From Eledone cirrhosa (lineage: Eukaryota), in contig OZ024740.1 of assembly GCA_964016885.1 (NCBI GenBank), forward strand, positions 48,484,001 through 48,548,000: 64,000 nucleotides of DNA. Reading direction: 5' to 3'. Positions 1-12,458 of the stretch are shown here, piece after piece. The notes beneath the pieces are model-generated. The model did not search any database, was not told where the DNA came from, and was given only the letters and a program-made list of their open reading frames with translations. A program made the translations under genes and the position numbers. Numbering within the stretch: the first letter of the stretch is position 1; every line of letters starts with the position of its first letter.

Positions 1-1476
1 TGCAACTCGGAACGTGGAGAGGCAAACCGATGCCTCCTGACGGTGTCGTCGGACACTGGACGGAGGGCCCGGTAAAGTTGCTTGGGGTCTGGTTTGGACC
101 GGACCTCCAGGTGGAAAAGAACTGGAACGAGGTTACGAACAAGGTGTTTGCACTAACCCAGAAATGGGCCAAGTGTAAGCTGTCCCTAAAAGGCCGGGCG
201 GAGGTGGCGAACATTTACATAGCGTCCGTCACTTACTACCGCCTGACTGTCGTGCCTTGCCCTAAGGAAACACTCACCACCATGGAACGCATGCTCTTCC
301 AATTTCTTTGGAAGAAGCGTCCTCCTATGGTGAGAAGATCCATCTGCTGCCAACAACCTTCGAAAGGAGGGCTGGGGATGCCGTGGTTGATGATGCGTAG
401 GCACGCATTAAGGCTACGGCACCTACAGGTATTCCTCACTGGTCAACCGGTGTGGGCTCCGTTCGTGAAACGAGCCTTTCCGAGACTCGTCTCACTCACC
501 GAGCTACAGTCCTGGGTCAAGCAAAGATCCGGAAAACTGGGAGACTGGCACACTGAGTGTGCTCAGGCGCTCAGGGCTCTCTGGCAAGCGGGCCGGGCCA
601 TCGGTGGAGAATCCACCTCATCATTCTATAGAGGGCTGGTGGCTAGCAGGGGCGATGACACCCTTGGAGAGTCGCTGGACATGGAAGAAGACGAACTGGC
701 CAGCCTGTTCGGTAGGACTTTCGGCCCAGGACCAATGGACAACTTCCAGAAGTCACTGGCCTGGCAGTGCTACCGAGGGGCTCTACCCGTTCGAGAGAGG
801 CTCTACAGACACGGGCGCCCGGACAGGGATCCCTCAAAAAAGATTTGCCCTAGATGCGTGCGTCACGAAGAAACCGTGGCGCACGCATTGGTGCAATGTC
901 CTGGCGTGGCTGATCTGTGGGGCTACGCCGAACAACTGCTGTCGCGGGTGGCGCCGATTAAATTGACCGCCGAGTCCGTGATGACAATCAAACCGCCTCC
1001 CCTCTTCACAAAGGAAGCAAAGGCGGTTTTTCTGTGCGTAATAGCCATGTTGAAAGAGGTTGTTTGGTGGACACGATTGAAAGGTCTGAGGTCAGGCAAC
1101 TTCCTCTCTGGCCATAGTCTGGTCTACTTCTTCCGATATCACTTCGGAAGAAGGATAAGAATGGAGAGAGAGGTGCTTGGCCACAGGCAGTTTTATGAAA
1201 GGTGGGTGATAGTGGCGAGAATGGCTCGTGTAAATGGGCCTTCTCTGTATACCATCCTGTAGGTAAAGAAGTAAAGGAGAGGGGAGCACCTTATCCATGT
1301 GCTCCCCGGGCAAAGGATTGCACACTTTTTCGGGGGTGTGTGCAACCCCCATCACGTCCCCTCCCTTTTGAGGTTATTTTCGATTATTTTCATGTTACAC
1401 CCTTTTTACTCGATTATATGTAAACTCCCCCTTTGTATTTGTCCCTTCTTTTTATGCCTTTATGGTAAATAAAGAA
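1..1476 (+). mobile_element. Tx1/L1-clade non-LTR retrotransposon, 3' part of ORF2 plus 3' UTR (runs off the window start)
   Basis: ORF 30-1262: VKLLGVWFG, LSLKGRAEVAN, KGGLGMP and C-terminal zinc finger CPRC...ETVAHALVQC (zf-RVT). The 3' UTR has AATAAA at ~1468 followed by (TCTA)n. Confidence 0.9.
30..1262 (+). CDS. C-terminal part of LINE ORF2 (post-RT region and CCHC zinc finger)
   Basis: Uninterrupted 410-aa frame with Tx1/L1 ORF2 motifs. The real start lies upstream of the window. Confidence 0.85.
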   Translation: MPPDGVVGHWTEGPVKLLGVWFGPDLQVEKNWNEVTNKVFALTQKWAKCKLSLKGRAEVANIYIASVTYYRLTVVPCPKETLTTMERMLFQFLWKKRPPMVRRSICCQQPSKGGLGMPWLMMRRHALRLRHLQVFLTGQPVWAPFVKRAFPRLVSLTELQSWVKQRSGKLGDWHTECAQALRALWQAGRAIGGESTSSFYRGLVASRGDDTLGESLDMEEDELASLFGRTFGPGPMDNFQKSLAWQCYRGALPVRERLYRHGRPDRDPSKKICPRCVRHEETVAHALVQCPGVADLWGYAEQLLSRVAPIKLTAESVMTIKPPPLFTKEAKAVFLCVIAMLKEVVWWTRLKGLRSGNFLSGHSLVYFFRYHFGRRIRMEREVLGHRQFYERWVIVARMARVNGPSLYTIL

Positions 1477-2041
1477 ATCTATCTATCTGTATCTCTCTCT
1501 TCTTATACTCACACACAATCTCTCTCTCTATCACAGTCACTCTATCTGTATGAGAGAGAGTAGTATGAGGTAGTCTTAACAACAGTGGTAGCAGCAAAAC
1601 AATATATATATATATATATATATGTAGATAAATCTACCAAACTGTACGATATATATATATATATATATGTCACAGTCACTCCTCTCTTTATATACTCACA
1701 CATACAATCTCTCTTTCTCGCTCTAGCAATTTTATAAAATCAAACAACAACATACACGCACACCGATCAACGTATTGAAAAAAATCCAAATCGCTTCATC
1801 TTTCTCTTTCTCTCTCTAGAGAAGTATTGAAATTTGAATCATTTAAAAGTGAATCTTGAACTATGAAATAATATTTTTAATATATGTTTAATCATGTGTT
1901 GCGAAATTTAGTAGCTACATTATGTAATATTCATTCATTATTTATTCAAAGTAATCCAACTTATTTTACTAATGGGATAAAAAATTATATTCTGGACGCA
2001 GTCCCGCACTCCTTACTTTATTATAGTTTATATATATCTAT

Positions 2042-2456
2042 CTAGGGCGGGTAAAATTCCCTAGATCCATGGACGATTTCTCTCCAGCGGTCTCTGTCCC
2101 TCATCGCTGCCATGTCTTGCGTCGCCAACAGACCAGTGTCTGTCCTTAGGGCATCAACATACGTTAACCTTGGTCTTTCTCTACCAGTGTGTCCATGTAG
2201 GGGCTCCCACAGGAGCACTGAGTGCAATGTCAACTCTGGATGTCGGTGAGCATGTCCAGCTAACCTCAGTCTCCTCTGTGTCACTTTTGAACTGACTTTT
2301 GGGAGGCTCCCATACAGCTCTGAGTTCTTCATTGCTGTAGTGGAGTCTGTGCTGCTGTACGGGTCTGAGACTTGGACACTGAACAAGAAACTCACTCAGA
2401 TGGTGGATGGGTGCGACACGAGAATGCTGAGGATGGCTCTGAACATTAATCAGTAT
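2042..2456 (-). mobile_element. RTE-type LINE 3' fragment with 5' inversion
   Basis: Minus 2332-2042 reads MKNSELYG..RRLRLAGH..RPRLTYVD..DRDRWR. Plus 2325-2456 reads FFIAVVESVLLYGSETWTL..RMLRMALNI. Both sides are flanked by TA repeats. Confidence 0.8.
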
Positions 2457-2458
2457 AC

Positions 2459-2492
<34 letters not shown>

Positions 2493-2583
2493 TAGAAGTT
2501 GTATTTAATTTGTTGGAAGTCCGACAAACATAAATGTTTATAACTGATTTAGAGCACTCAACAAATTACTGGAGTAAATATTC

Positions 2584-2790
2584 AATGATATTAAATAAAT
2601 GGAAACTATATTTATAAAACCAGTGAATTTCCAACCGATAAGGTATGTTTTTCATGGGTACGTCTCTATTTATAAAACAAACTTTGTATTTTATCTGATG
2701 AAAGCGTACCAATATTATCTTGGTTGCCCTTGAAATATATATAATAAAATAAATATGGTTTTATAAATATAGTTTCCATTTATTTAATAT

Positions 2791-2795
<5 letters not shown>
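2584..2795. repeat. ~40-bp perfect inverted repeat enclosing the hammerhead motif
   Basis: caatgatattaaataaatggaaactatatttataaaacca (~2584-2623) vs tggttttataaatatagtttccatttatttaatatcattg (~2756-2795). Confidence 0.85.
2686..2751 (+). ncRNA. Minimal type-I hammerhead ribozyme motif (partly decayed) in a TA-flanked repeat
   Basis: tattttat-CTGATGA-aagcgtaccaa..ttggttgccctt-GAAA-tatata-TA-ataaaata, giving an 8-bp stem I and a palindromic stem III. Confidence 0.6.
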
Positions 2796-2833
<38 letters not shown>

Positions 2834-2988
2834 TAACAGATTAAAGTTTTCGCCCTTAACGGGATCTTCTAATCAGAAGTAAATATTTCGAAAAACGTAT
2901 ATATATATAGTGTAACGTTTTTCGAAATATTTACTTCTGCATTCACAGATTGATTTTTTTTAGTTTATATATATATATATATATACAC

Positions 2989-3052
<64 letters not shown>

Positions 3053-3224
3053 TATATATACATACACACACACACATATATATAGCGTCATAATGTCGTA
3101 ATGCAGACAGCCAGACATACAGACAGATATAAGGGCGCGACGTTATATCTATGTATCAATCTAAAAAGAAAGACTAAGAATTATAGAGAGAGATCGCTAA
3201 ATCGCCTAATGCAGTCCCTAGGGC

Positions 3225-3365
3225 ATTGAAAATTGGAAATATATTTTGCTCAAAGCACTCACAGGACCATAAGTATTACATGTGTAAAGTTTGAAAACAA
3301 TCGGTAGGGTGGTTCCCGAGTTTTAGGTAGTCAGACAGACATTCTCTGTTTTATATATATATATA
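3225..3365 (-). mobile_element. Non-autonomous Helitron 5'-end fragment
   Basis: Near-identical to 60215-60342, whose minus strand begins TCTATATAT-AAAACAGAGAATG, a typical Helitron-N 5' end. Confidence 0.5.
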
Positions 3366-3369
3366 TAAT

Positions 3370-3885
3370 CATTTTTACATCCGCTTCTCTCTGTTTGCAT
3401 GGGTTTGAATGAGTCCTTTCCAGCACAGCATCCCTCCACTTGTGTACCTTTGTGAGGTTCAGTGTTTTGAGATCAGTTCTAACTATCTCTGTCCATGTTT
3501 TTCTCTGTTCTCTACTATAGCTTCTTTCCAATAGCATCATCTGGCACTTCTTCACCACACCATTCATCATTTATACATATCTCATGTCCATTTCAGTGCA
3601 GTCTTCTCTTTCTACACTTCATCTGATTCCTTTTATACCCAGCTTTTCTCTCAGCTCATCCATGCACTATCATTCATGCACACTGACATTACACATCTAT
3701 TTCATTTCTCTCTAGCCTCTACATACCCTCTGCATATACTGCTCATGACTCACTGCTATACAACATTGCATTTCTTACACAGGCATCATATAATCTACCC
3801 TTCACTTGTAGAGAAATTCCATTTGCTTTCAACAAAGGTAGTAGCTTCCTAAACTTTTTCTAGGTTGCTCTTATTCTATCTTTCA
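3370..3885 (-). mobile_element. Decayed RTE LINE 3' fragment
   Basis: Minus frame has RKTWTEIVRTDLKTLNL, a LKGRLYDACV-like region and the RTE tail. Confidence 0.65.
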
Positions 3886-4417
3886 GAGAAATAAAAAAAA
3901 TGTATTGAAACATAAATAAAGATCTAATGAAAAGACGAATATTTTATTAATAATATACTTACAAATTTTATTGCAATGTTTATATTTATATAAATAAAAA
4001 TATTTTACAGATTTAATACATTACTTTATCTACAGCAAAATAACAATTTTTGTTTTTTTTGCTCTTAAAAAGGGCAGGTTTTAATTTCATTTTAATTGAA
4101 AATATATATTTATTATCCAAAAGTATATTTCTATATTTCTACATAGTTTCTGTCAATGATTATGCTACCTCATTAAATGACATACACACACATTTATATC
4201 TATATATTTTCATTTCAAATATAATTCAATAGCCAAACATCAAAGCAAACATAACCAGTAAGTAGAAACCAGAAAACTTAGCAATTTTTTAACCTGGTTA
4301 CATAATTTGATGGATTTCACTGGAAGAAAATGTAACAGTTGTTCTCAGAAAGGGTTCAGTCTTGCAGGCGTTTTTGTTTTGTTAAATACATTGAAAATAT
4401 TTTGTTACTGTATATCA

Positions 4418-4611
4418 CTAAATATCAAATTGCCTATGGAATGTTTTTGATTTCTTTTTTTTCTTTTTGTTAAATGTTAAACAGTTCTGGCTTCCATCAA
4501 TGTCATCATAATCAGTCTCTGCAGATGAAGAATTGTCATCAATTACTTTTATATGTTGTTTTTCCTTCTTTTGAAACATTGGAAGAAATTTGGCTTTGGC
4601 TTGGATGACTT
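4418..4611 (-). CDS. Last coding exon of a 148-aa single-pass membrane protein (cytoplasmic tail)
   Basis: Acceptor ttttctttgtttcctatcAG. Phase-1 join gives K-VIQAKAK..ETDYDDI..KKKKKKSKTFHRQFDI-TAG. Minus-strand AATAAA at 3967-3972 and 3943-3948. Confidence 0.8.
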
Positions 4612-6226
4612 CTGATAGGAAACAAAGAAAATAGAAAAAGAGAAAACGATTATGTTTATTTATTTTTTGCTTCACAATTTTAATTCCAAATCAATAAATC
4701 TTAAATGTGAAATAACCAAAATACAGTACACTCTGTAAAGTAGCTGGTGTGACGAAGGGCATCAATTGTAGAAACCATGCCAAAACTAAAACATAAGTGA
4801 AACATGGCTTGTCCGAGAGGACAGCTCTAATTAAGTACTGACTTACTCAGTAACAACCTGTTCAACCCATGCCAACATTGAAAAACTGCCATTAAATGAT
4901 AATGATAGATTTCTGACATATATACAAGCCTCAAATTTAGGAGAGGAATATAGTTGATTATATCAACCTCAGTATTTGACTGGTATTTCATTTTATCAAC
5001 CCTGGATAAATGAAAGGCAAAATTCACTTGAGCTGGATTTGAACACACAATATAAAGCGCTGTAACTAAATACTACCAGTAATTTTGTTCAATCCACTGT
5101 TTTGATCTCTAATATTGAATTAATGCCAAGATGACAAATTTTAGGAAAAGGGTTGAGTCAATTGAATTATTCTAGACCTAAATGACAAAGGCCCTCTCAC
5201 CAACACACTTCAACCACTAGTCTACAGACATACAACGTCTACACTCTACCTCTTCTACTGTTACATCAGTTTCTGTTCTTCAGAACAAGTTAGTTGCATA
5301 TTACTTCACCCAAACCCACCTGTCTCTCCTCATCCCTCATTTCATGTTACCCTTCTCAAGCCCTACACCAACTCCTTTTCTTAGTCTTTCCACCTCAGAA
5401 TATCAACCCTCTGGAATTTCCTTCCAGTCCACACTATTGTTGTTTAATCCTAGATCAATTTTGACTGAACAGACCTATGATCATTTCAGCTGTAACCATC
5501 CAGTCTTTTTGTATATCTAAGATTACATTGTCCAACATATCTCTTATTTTTTAAATCGGCAGGATGTAATTTGAAGGAGTTTGATTGCTATTTCTGTCAG
5601 ATATTGATTCCATGTTAACTTGTCTTACTCATATTTCCCTCATAACCATCAACTTGCATCTGTTGAAACTGAACAACAACCACATCTTTATGATTAGTTT
5701 TAGAGACCTGTGAGGATCATGTGCACAGTCCTTTCCTTCTGATCAACAGACAACATAAACGCTTTTGAGAAATTGCATGTTGCTACTGATTTTATAGACT
5801 TTGAAGGAATAAAAGGCAAATTAGTTCCGGCGAAATCTGAACTCAGAATGTATAAAATATGTTCTTTAGCAATATAATTATGGCCAGAAATTGAAGCTAA
5901 ATTTCCCACAAATTATACTATATCTAAACACTATTTATTCATATCTTTAATAACCAATGGCCAGTTTAAGGTTTGACATAGAAATACATTTAATTTACTT
6001 TCAGTTAAGTTGACTCATAAAATGATGCTATGTATGTTTTTTTCTTTTAAGAAATATTTGAGCTTTAATTGAGCAATGCAAATGACATTTTTGGTTTCAG
6101 AAATTGATTGACCAAGATTCTTTTATAGCAGAGAGTGAGAGCTATTCTCTACTGACTAGTGTTTTTTGTATTTTTCCTATTTATTTATTGGTTGTTCTAT
6201 ATGCTGAGTAAAAAAAACTAACTTAC

Positions 6227-6375
6227 TGTTCACTGTGGTATAATGACATGTATCTTCATAGTTGTAAGAATTCCTTCTTGATTTACGATTACAGAGACCA
6301 TAGTACCATACACTCCACATCATTAGCACCAGTAGGAACACTACACAAAGGAATGACCAGATTGCATCTCGTGAC
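6227..6375 (-). CDS. Middle coding exon encoding the transmembrane helix
   Basis: Acceptor tttcttatttccccttgttatgttttaaAG, donor GTAAGT, 149 nt. Encodes SRDAIWSFLCVVFLLVLMMWSVWYYGLCNRKSRRNSYNYEDTCHYTTVN; phases match both neighbouring exons. Confidence 0.85.
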
Positions 6376-7104
6376 CTTTAAAACATAACAAGGGGAAATA
6401 AGAAAAAATACAAAATCAAAATGGGACAGAAAAATTCAGGAAAATATGTATTAAGTATGAACACAACACCAACCACTTTACAGCATGTACTGGGAACATT
6501 TTATCATGACTTCGACACTACTGCCTTACAATGCAAACTGGGTGCATATTTATCAAAGCACCATCACTGGGGAGGGATTGATAGGAGTTGGGAGGGTCAT
6601 ATCACAACAATGGTTGTCAAGTTAATGCTATGTATTATGTATAAACTTTATACAATGGCTGTGGCCTTGTTATTATAAGTTCAAACCTTACAATATATTA
6701 TATATCGTGGGTTGTGATTCCTGAACCAGGCACATATGTCTGCCAGGCTAATAACAGGATCTATCCTTCACAATTTTACTCACAAGGCATGGATTGATCA
6801 GAGAGAAGTGGTAAATGGCACTTGTTCAAGATGGCATGAAATGGGATCAAACATGGAACCTAATGATTGTAAAGCAAACCTCTTAACTATTTGGCCATGC
6901 TGTGTATATAGTACTTAATTACATATATACAACACAACAAAATAAATGGGATATTTTACTCATTTGTAATTTGACAATAAACAATATTTTAGTTTTGGCA
7001 TGGCTGCCTCCACCACCATCACTGTCACCACAGCTCTCTCTCTCTCTCTCTCTTGCATGAACACTCTTAGCATCCTCTTTCCTCCAAACACCAGCTTTAA
7101 TATA

Positions 7105-7275
7105 ATTGTTTCTCCTTTTGGCACAAGGCCAGCAATTATCCCAGTACATTACTGGTGCTTTATTTTATCAACCCCGTAAGGATGAAAGGCAAAGTTAACC
7201 TCGGTGGGATTTGAACTCAAAACGTAAAGAGGCGTAACTCTATGCTACAAAGTATGGTATCCAACGTTATGATGA
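7105..7275 (-). mobile_element. tRNA-derived SINE family A (Meta-domain-like core)
   Basis: Box B gagttcaaatcc and core gcctttcatccttacgggg..gataaaataaag. Many copies in the window. Confidence 0.75.
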
Positions 7276-7358
7276 TTAGGATAAAAGGATGCGTAAGTTG
7301 TAATTTGGATACAAATGTGATTTAAATAATATCCAGTGTTTCACTGATACTTCCATAC

Positions 7359-7462
7359 CTTTGTCTTTTGAGCCATATATCTGTAATAAGTGATACATAT
7401 TGTGTTTGATTCAAATGGTAATGAACCAAAAGTCTGTTTGTTAAGTTAGAATGTCGTATCAT
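7359..7462 (-). CDS. First coding segment (within exon 7592-7359) of the membrane protein gene
   Basis: aagATG at 7462 with in-frame TGAs upstream. Encodes MIRHSNLTNRLLVHYHLNQTQYVSLITDIWLKRQ; donor AG|GTATGG; acceptor caatacAG at 7594-7593. Confidence 0.7.
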
Positions 7463-8109
7463 CTTCAATCTTTGAATTTTATGTCATGGTTTTACTTTTT
7501 CTTTAATTTTTCATTTTCTCAGAGCCTTGGCAATATTAAGAAGACCTCCAGGTATTCATTCTGTAACAAGCTGTGGTATTTTCAAGTTCAAACTGTATTG
7601 ATATAAGACAGAAATTAGACAATCTTATTTTTAGCGTCCATCAAAATCTAAAATATTTCAAATGTTTAAAAACAAAAGACAAAAATCGTTATAAAAATAA
7701 CACAAATTCAACCCTTTTAATATCATCCCACCCAAGACTACCTCAAATTCCATCGCATACAACCTCTTACTTTAAGGGTCATGTAAGAACCTTTTAAGTG
7801 ATAATTCAATCATAACTGATCATAAAACAAGCCTCAGCAAGGTGTTTCTGTAGATTAGTGGTCACACATACATGCTAGTCTTTTCTTCTTCATACCACTG
7901 ATGTTGTCAAAGGGAAAGGCAAAGCTTGGCACCAGCATTGTTACAAGTCATTTTTTCCAGCAGAGTAAAATGGAGCAATATGAAATAAATTGTCTTGCTC
8001 AAGGACACAACACATTGCCTAGCCTAAGAACTGAATTCATGATTTTACAATTGTGAGACCAACACATTAATAACTAAGCCACATACTTTCACACACACAC
8101 GCACATATA

Positions 8110-8328
8110 TCATCATTTCATTTTACGTCCGCTTTTTCCCTGCTTGCAAGGGTGGGACGGGAACTGATTCTGGCTTTATTTCTACAGCTGGATGCCCTTC
8201 CTAACACCAACCTCATTTACAGTGAGTGCTGGATGCTTTTTTGCCGTGGCACCTCCACGTCCACTTTACAGTGTGGGCTGGGTGCTTTTTTGCCATGGCA
8301 CCTCCACGACCACTTTGCAGTGGAATGA
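8110..8328 (-). mobile_element. SINE family B, 3' half (RTE-type tail)
   Basis: Matches the tail of the full copy at 41361-41712. Confidence 0.75.
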
Positions 8329-8339
8329 TATATATATAT

Positions 8340-8722
8340 AATAATAATAATAATGAAATTATTGTGTACAGTGCTCAGGTGCACTACAACTCATCAAAGG
8401 TGCATGTATAGTACATAGAATAATGTACAAATGTCAGGAAAATGAACAGTGTGCAAGTCATGAAATACATGTGTGCGTGTGTATGGAGGGGGAATATCAG
8501 GTGTAGTGTTGGCGAATCTCAGAAAGCATGGAGGTTTTAAAGGATGCAGTGTCTCAACAGCTAATAACTGATGCAGGTAGTTTGTTCCATGCTTCAGTAA
8601 CTCTGAGCGTGGAAAAATGTTTCCGAAAGTCATGGGAGCTGTGCTGTTTTCTGACTTTGTAGGCATGTCCACGTGTGTTAGACACATGGAGATCAAAAAG
8701 GTGCTCAGGGTTGTTGTTGGCA
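8340..8722 (-). mobile_element. CR1-type LINE 3' end
   Basis: Minus strand shows the HTRGH..RKHFSTLRV..WNKLP-like terminus followed by a 3' UTR and (ATT)n tail. Confidence 0.7.
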
Positions 8723-8769
8723 AGTATATTATATATATATATTATATATATATATTATATATTCACACT

Positions 8770-9682
8770 GCTGCAGGTCTTGGAGAAATCGTAGGAGTAT
8801 TTCCAGGAGGTATATTCTTCTTTTGTAGACCCCGAAAAGGCATATGACCACATTCCTAGAGACCTGCTGTACAAGGTTGTGCAGGTGTATAGGATCGATG
8901 GTGAGATTCTTGCTGCCCAGATGTCTCTATACGAATGCCCGAGTATTTGTGTTCGGATAAGGGTGCTAAATGGAAACCATTCAATGTGGGTGTCAAACTC
9001 CGCCAAGGGTGCATACTGTCACCTCTCCTGTTCATTATGTGAAAACTGAGACACTCGTCTTCCCAAGGAAGCCTGCTCAGTGCACTCTACATGCGAATGG
9101 AGTTCCGCTGAAGCAGGTAGAGAAATTCAAGTATTTCAGGATCGTGTTTAAGAGTGAAGAAAGGTAGGAGGCTAAGTGCAAAAACTGCAGGAGCTGGTGC
9201 AGTAATGCTCCAGCTTCAGCATTCGGTATTCAGAAGAAGGGAGGTAGGTGTAAAGGCCAAACTTGCGATCAGTATTCGTGCCAACCCTTACCTATGGTCA
9301 TGAATCTTGGATAATGACTGAAAGGATATGATCACAATTACAAATGGCAGAAATAGAGTTCCTCCAAAGGGTCTTTGGAGTAACATTACTTGAAAGAGTG
9401 TGTAGCTCGGAGATCAGCTATTTCTCCGAATTGAGAGATCACAGCTACAATACAATGGGCATGTGGTTAGAATGTCTCAGGAAAGAATTGCTGGACAGAT
9501 TTTACGAGCAAAACCAGCCAGCAGAAGCTTCAGAGGTAGACCCTGAGCAAGCTGGCTGGTCTCACTTGGGGATCCAGCTGGATCAGTTGGAGTCGGTTGC
9601 TTCTGACAAGATCCACTAGAAGGAGTGTTTGAGGACTCTGCGCCCACGACCCTCTCAGGGATAAGTGGGCAAAGAAGAAGTG
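8770..9682 (+). mobile_element. Decayed RTE LINE
   Basis: LKQVEKFKY, PTLTYGHESW and MAEIEFL motifs with stops and frameshifts. Same family as 31735-32315. Confidence 0.8.
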
Positions 9683-10071
9683 TATTAAGATAAATTTGTG
9701 TGCGCGTGTGTATGTATTTATTTTCACTTTGCATTGACATAGTTTCAACAGCTGATAACATTTGTTTATGTCATGCAGAAGCAATATAAACTGAAGTTCA
9801 ACAGTGCTTTACCCCCAAAACAAGGTCTGGTATCAGGAAGGTCATTTGACTAGAATATTGCCTTAAAAACAAGGGAATGTCAAAATTATGGTGATGAAGT
9901 TGAGCACCACATAAAAGCTCTCTCATTGGCTTCTTTACATCTGGTTAAATGAAACATTTGTTGTTTTTCAGAATACAAAATTTCTTATCTATATTGATAT
10001 TTTATCACATTAATATGAACAGCTGTCAGTTTTATAATATGTTACGAAATAATACAATAATTCAATCTGAT

Positions 10072-10416
10072 TCATCATCATCATCATCATCATTTTACGT
10101 CCACTTTTCCCTGCTTGCAAGGGTGCGACGGGAACTGATTCTGGCTTGATTTCTACAGCTGGATGCCCTTCCTAACACCAACCTCATTTACAGTGAGTGC
10201 TGGGTGCTTTTTTTGCCGTGGCACCTCCACGACCACTTTGCAGTGGAATGATAGGGACCCCAGTCCCTATCATCTCATTTCTACAGCTGAGTAAGCTGGA
10301 GCAATGTGAAATAAAGTGTCTTGCTCAAGGAAACAACACATCACCCGGTCTGAGAATTGAACTCACAACCTTTCGATTGCAAGGCCAATGCTCTAACCAC
10401 TAAGCCATGTGCCTCC
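10072..10416 (-). mobile_element. SINE family B, full length
   Basis: tRNA head (tggcttagtgg / gagttcaattc), ccttgagcaagacactt core, RTE-like tail ending in (GAT)n. Confidence 0.85.
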
Positions 10417-11626
10417 TGATTACGTTATACAAACTATACAGAACTATATAGAATTTAATATTTTAGTAGATAATAGTTATTTACAAAAGAGCAAACAGCC
10501 ACGTGTGGTGTTAAGTTCTTAACACATGATGACTGATTAATTTTGATTTATAATAAGAAGTTATTATTATTGTTGTTTAGCCACAGGTCATCATTAATGA
10601 AAAGATAAAAGCATTTTAGTTGTGTATCTAGGACTAGATTATCCAATAAGTAGTTTATTTATAAAACAGCAGGTTGTGATTTGGCTGTTATTTTTAGCAG
10701 ATTAAGTGATCACATAGAGGCTCCTTCTATGGTGTATCTAGCTGGAAGTACATCACTTTGGATTGACATAATTATTAGAGCATTGGACAACATACCAAGT
10801 AATATTTAGTTACAGTCCTTTACATACTGAATTCAAATCCCACCAAGGCTAATTTTGTCTTTCATCCTTCTGAGGTCAATAAAATAAAGTACCAATCAAA
10901 AACTAGGGCAAAGGTTCTCAAACTTTTGGGACCACTGCGGCAGGTTATACTCTCAGTGCTCCCCACCCCTATTTCCAGAGAGACAACATACCACCAGACA
11001 CAACTCATTCTCTTCAAGGCCACCCCCATGGCCTAATGCTTCCTCTCCCATGGCAGTATGACCCCCTCCCCTACTCTTATCACCACTTCCCTAGGGATGG
11101 AGCCACAATAAAAATGCACCCAGTCCACCCTGTAAGGTGGTAATACTGGAGTCAGAATAAAATGTTCTCAGTACACATTGTGAAGTGGGTGGTGTTAGGA
11201 ATGCAGCCATAGAAACGATGCTCCCAGTACATGCTTGGTGTTTGGAAGAGCATCTAACTGTAGAAACCAAGCCCAAAATGGAACATATGAGCAACACATG
11301 GTCACCTGACTAGTCTAGCCCTAAAACACGACAACCTATGGATGGAAAACAGATATTAAATGGTGTGTGTGTGTGTGTGTGTGTGTATCATTATCACAAC
11401 CATTTTATGTCTATTTTTCAGGTTGCCATGTTCTGAGACTAGTCAATACAAATGACGTCTCACTCAAACATTCTATTCTGGCATGGCTTCTATGGCTGGA
11501 TGCCCTCGTTAATGCCAGCTACTCCATGGAGTATATCGGGTGTCTTTTATTAAGGCATCACCACCAGTTGTACCACTTTACACACACAGACATATATATA
11601 TATATATATATATATTTATGTATATA

Positions 11627-11897
11627 TCATCATCTTTGTTTAACGTCCATTTTCCACGCTAGCATGGGTTAGACGGGAGTTGTCCCACTTGAGGCAAGGT
11701 TGGTCGGGTGACCATGTCTCGCTCACATAGGACTATCTGGCAGGTTTTCTATGGCTGGATGCCTTCCTAACACAAACCACATTTACAGTGTGGAACTGGG
11801 AACTTTTTACCGTGTTACCTACACAACCATATTACAGTGTGGACTTTGTGTTTTTTCTTGTGACACCTACACGATCTCGATCTTGATCTCATTATCT
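11627..11897 (-). mobile_element. RTE-tail short element (inverted partner of 13753-14045)
   Basis: High-identity reverse-complement match over ~270 bp. Confidence 0.75.
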
Positions 11898-11952
11898 CAT
11901 TTATTTGGACTGGATATATGTATATATATATACATAAATATATATACATGTC

Positions 11953-12026
<74 letters not shown>

Positions 12027-12283
12027 TGCACTCTGTTTTTGGTATTTTCACACCAAATTTTCATCTAGTGGCTATAGTACAGCGATTTGATATTGTATAT
12101 CGGTTTGAATTTATTTGAATTTATGTGTGTGTTTGTATGTGTGCACATATATATATGCATGTGTGCGTATGTGTATCAATTTGGTGTTTTAAGGAGCTTT
12201 TATTGCACCTATCAACTGGTATATAATTCACATAAACATCTGTCAACAATTAAAGAATAAATATATATAAATATATTACTTAC

Positions 12284-12458
12284 AGTTCAATTACAGCTTT
12301 TCAATAAAACACATAAGTAAATAGTATTGAACTTCAGTCTGATTCACTTGAATGAATCTGTGCTCAATTGAAAATGTAGCAGGACATCTGCAGATTATCA
12401 TCTTTTAATAATTTAATTCATAGTAATCAGATTAACATATTTGGGTAATGTTTATGTC
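12284..12458 (-). other. Putative non-coding 5' UTR exon of the membrane protein gene
   Basis: Acceptor cttctcatttcAG and donor GTAAGT in unique sequence. All three frames are closed. Confidence 0.45.

Noticed and set aside
7463-7592. Selenoprotein reading through three in-frame TGA codons
   Set aside because: No redox-motif context and no SECIS recognised in the 3' UTR. TGA-only stops are plausible by chance in a UTR.
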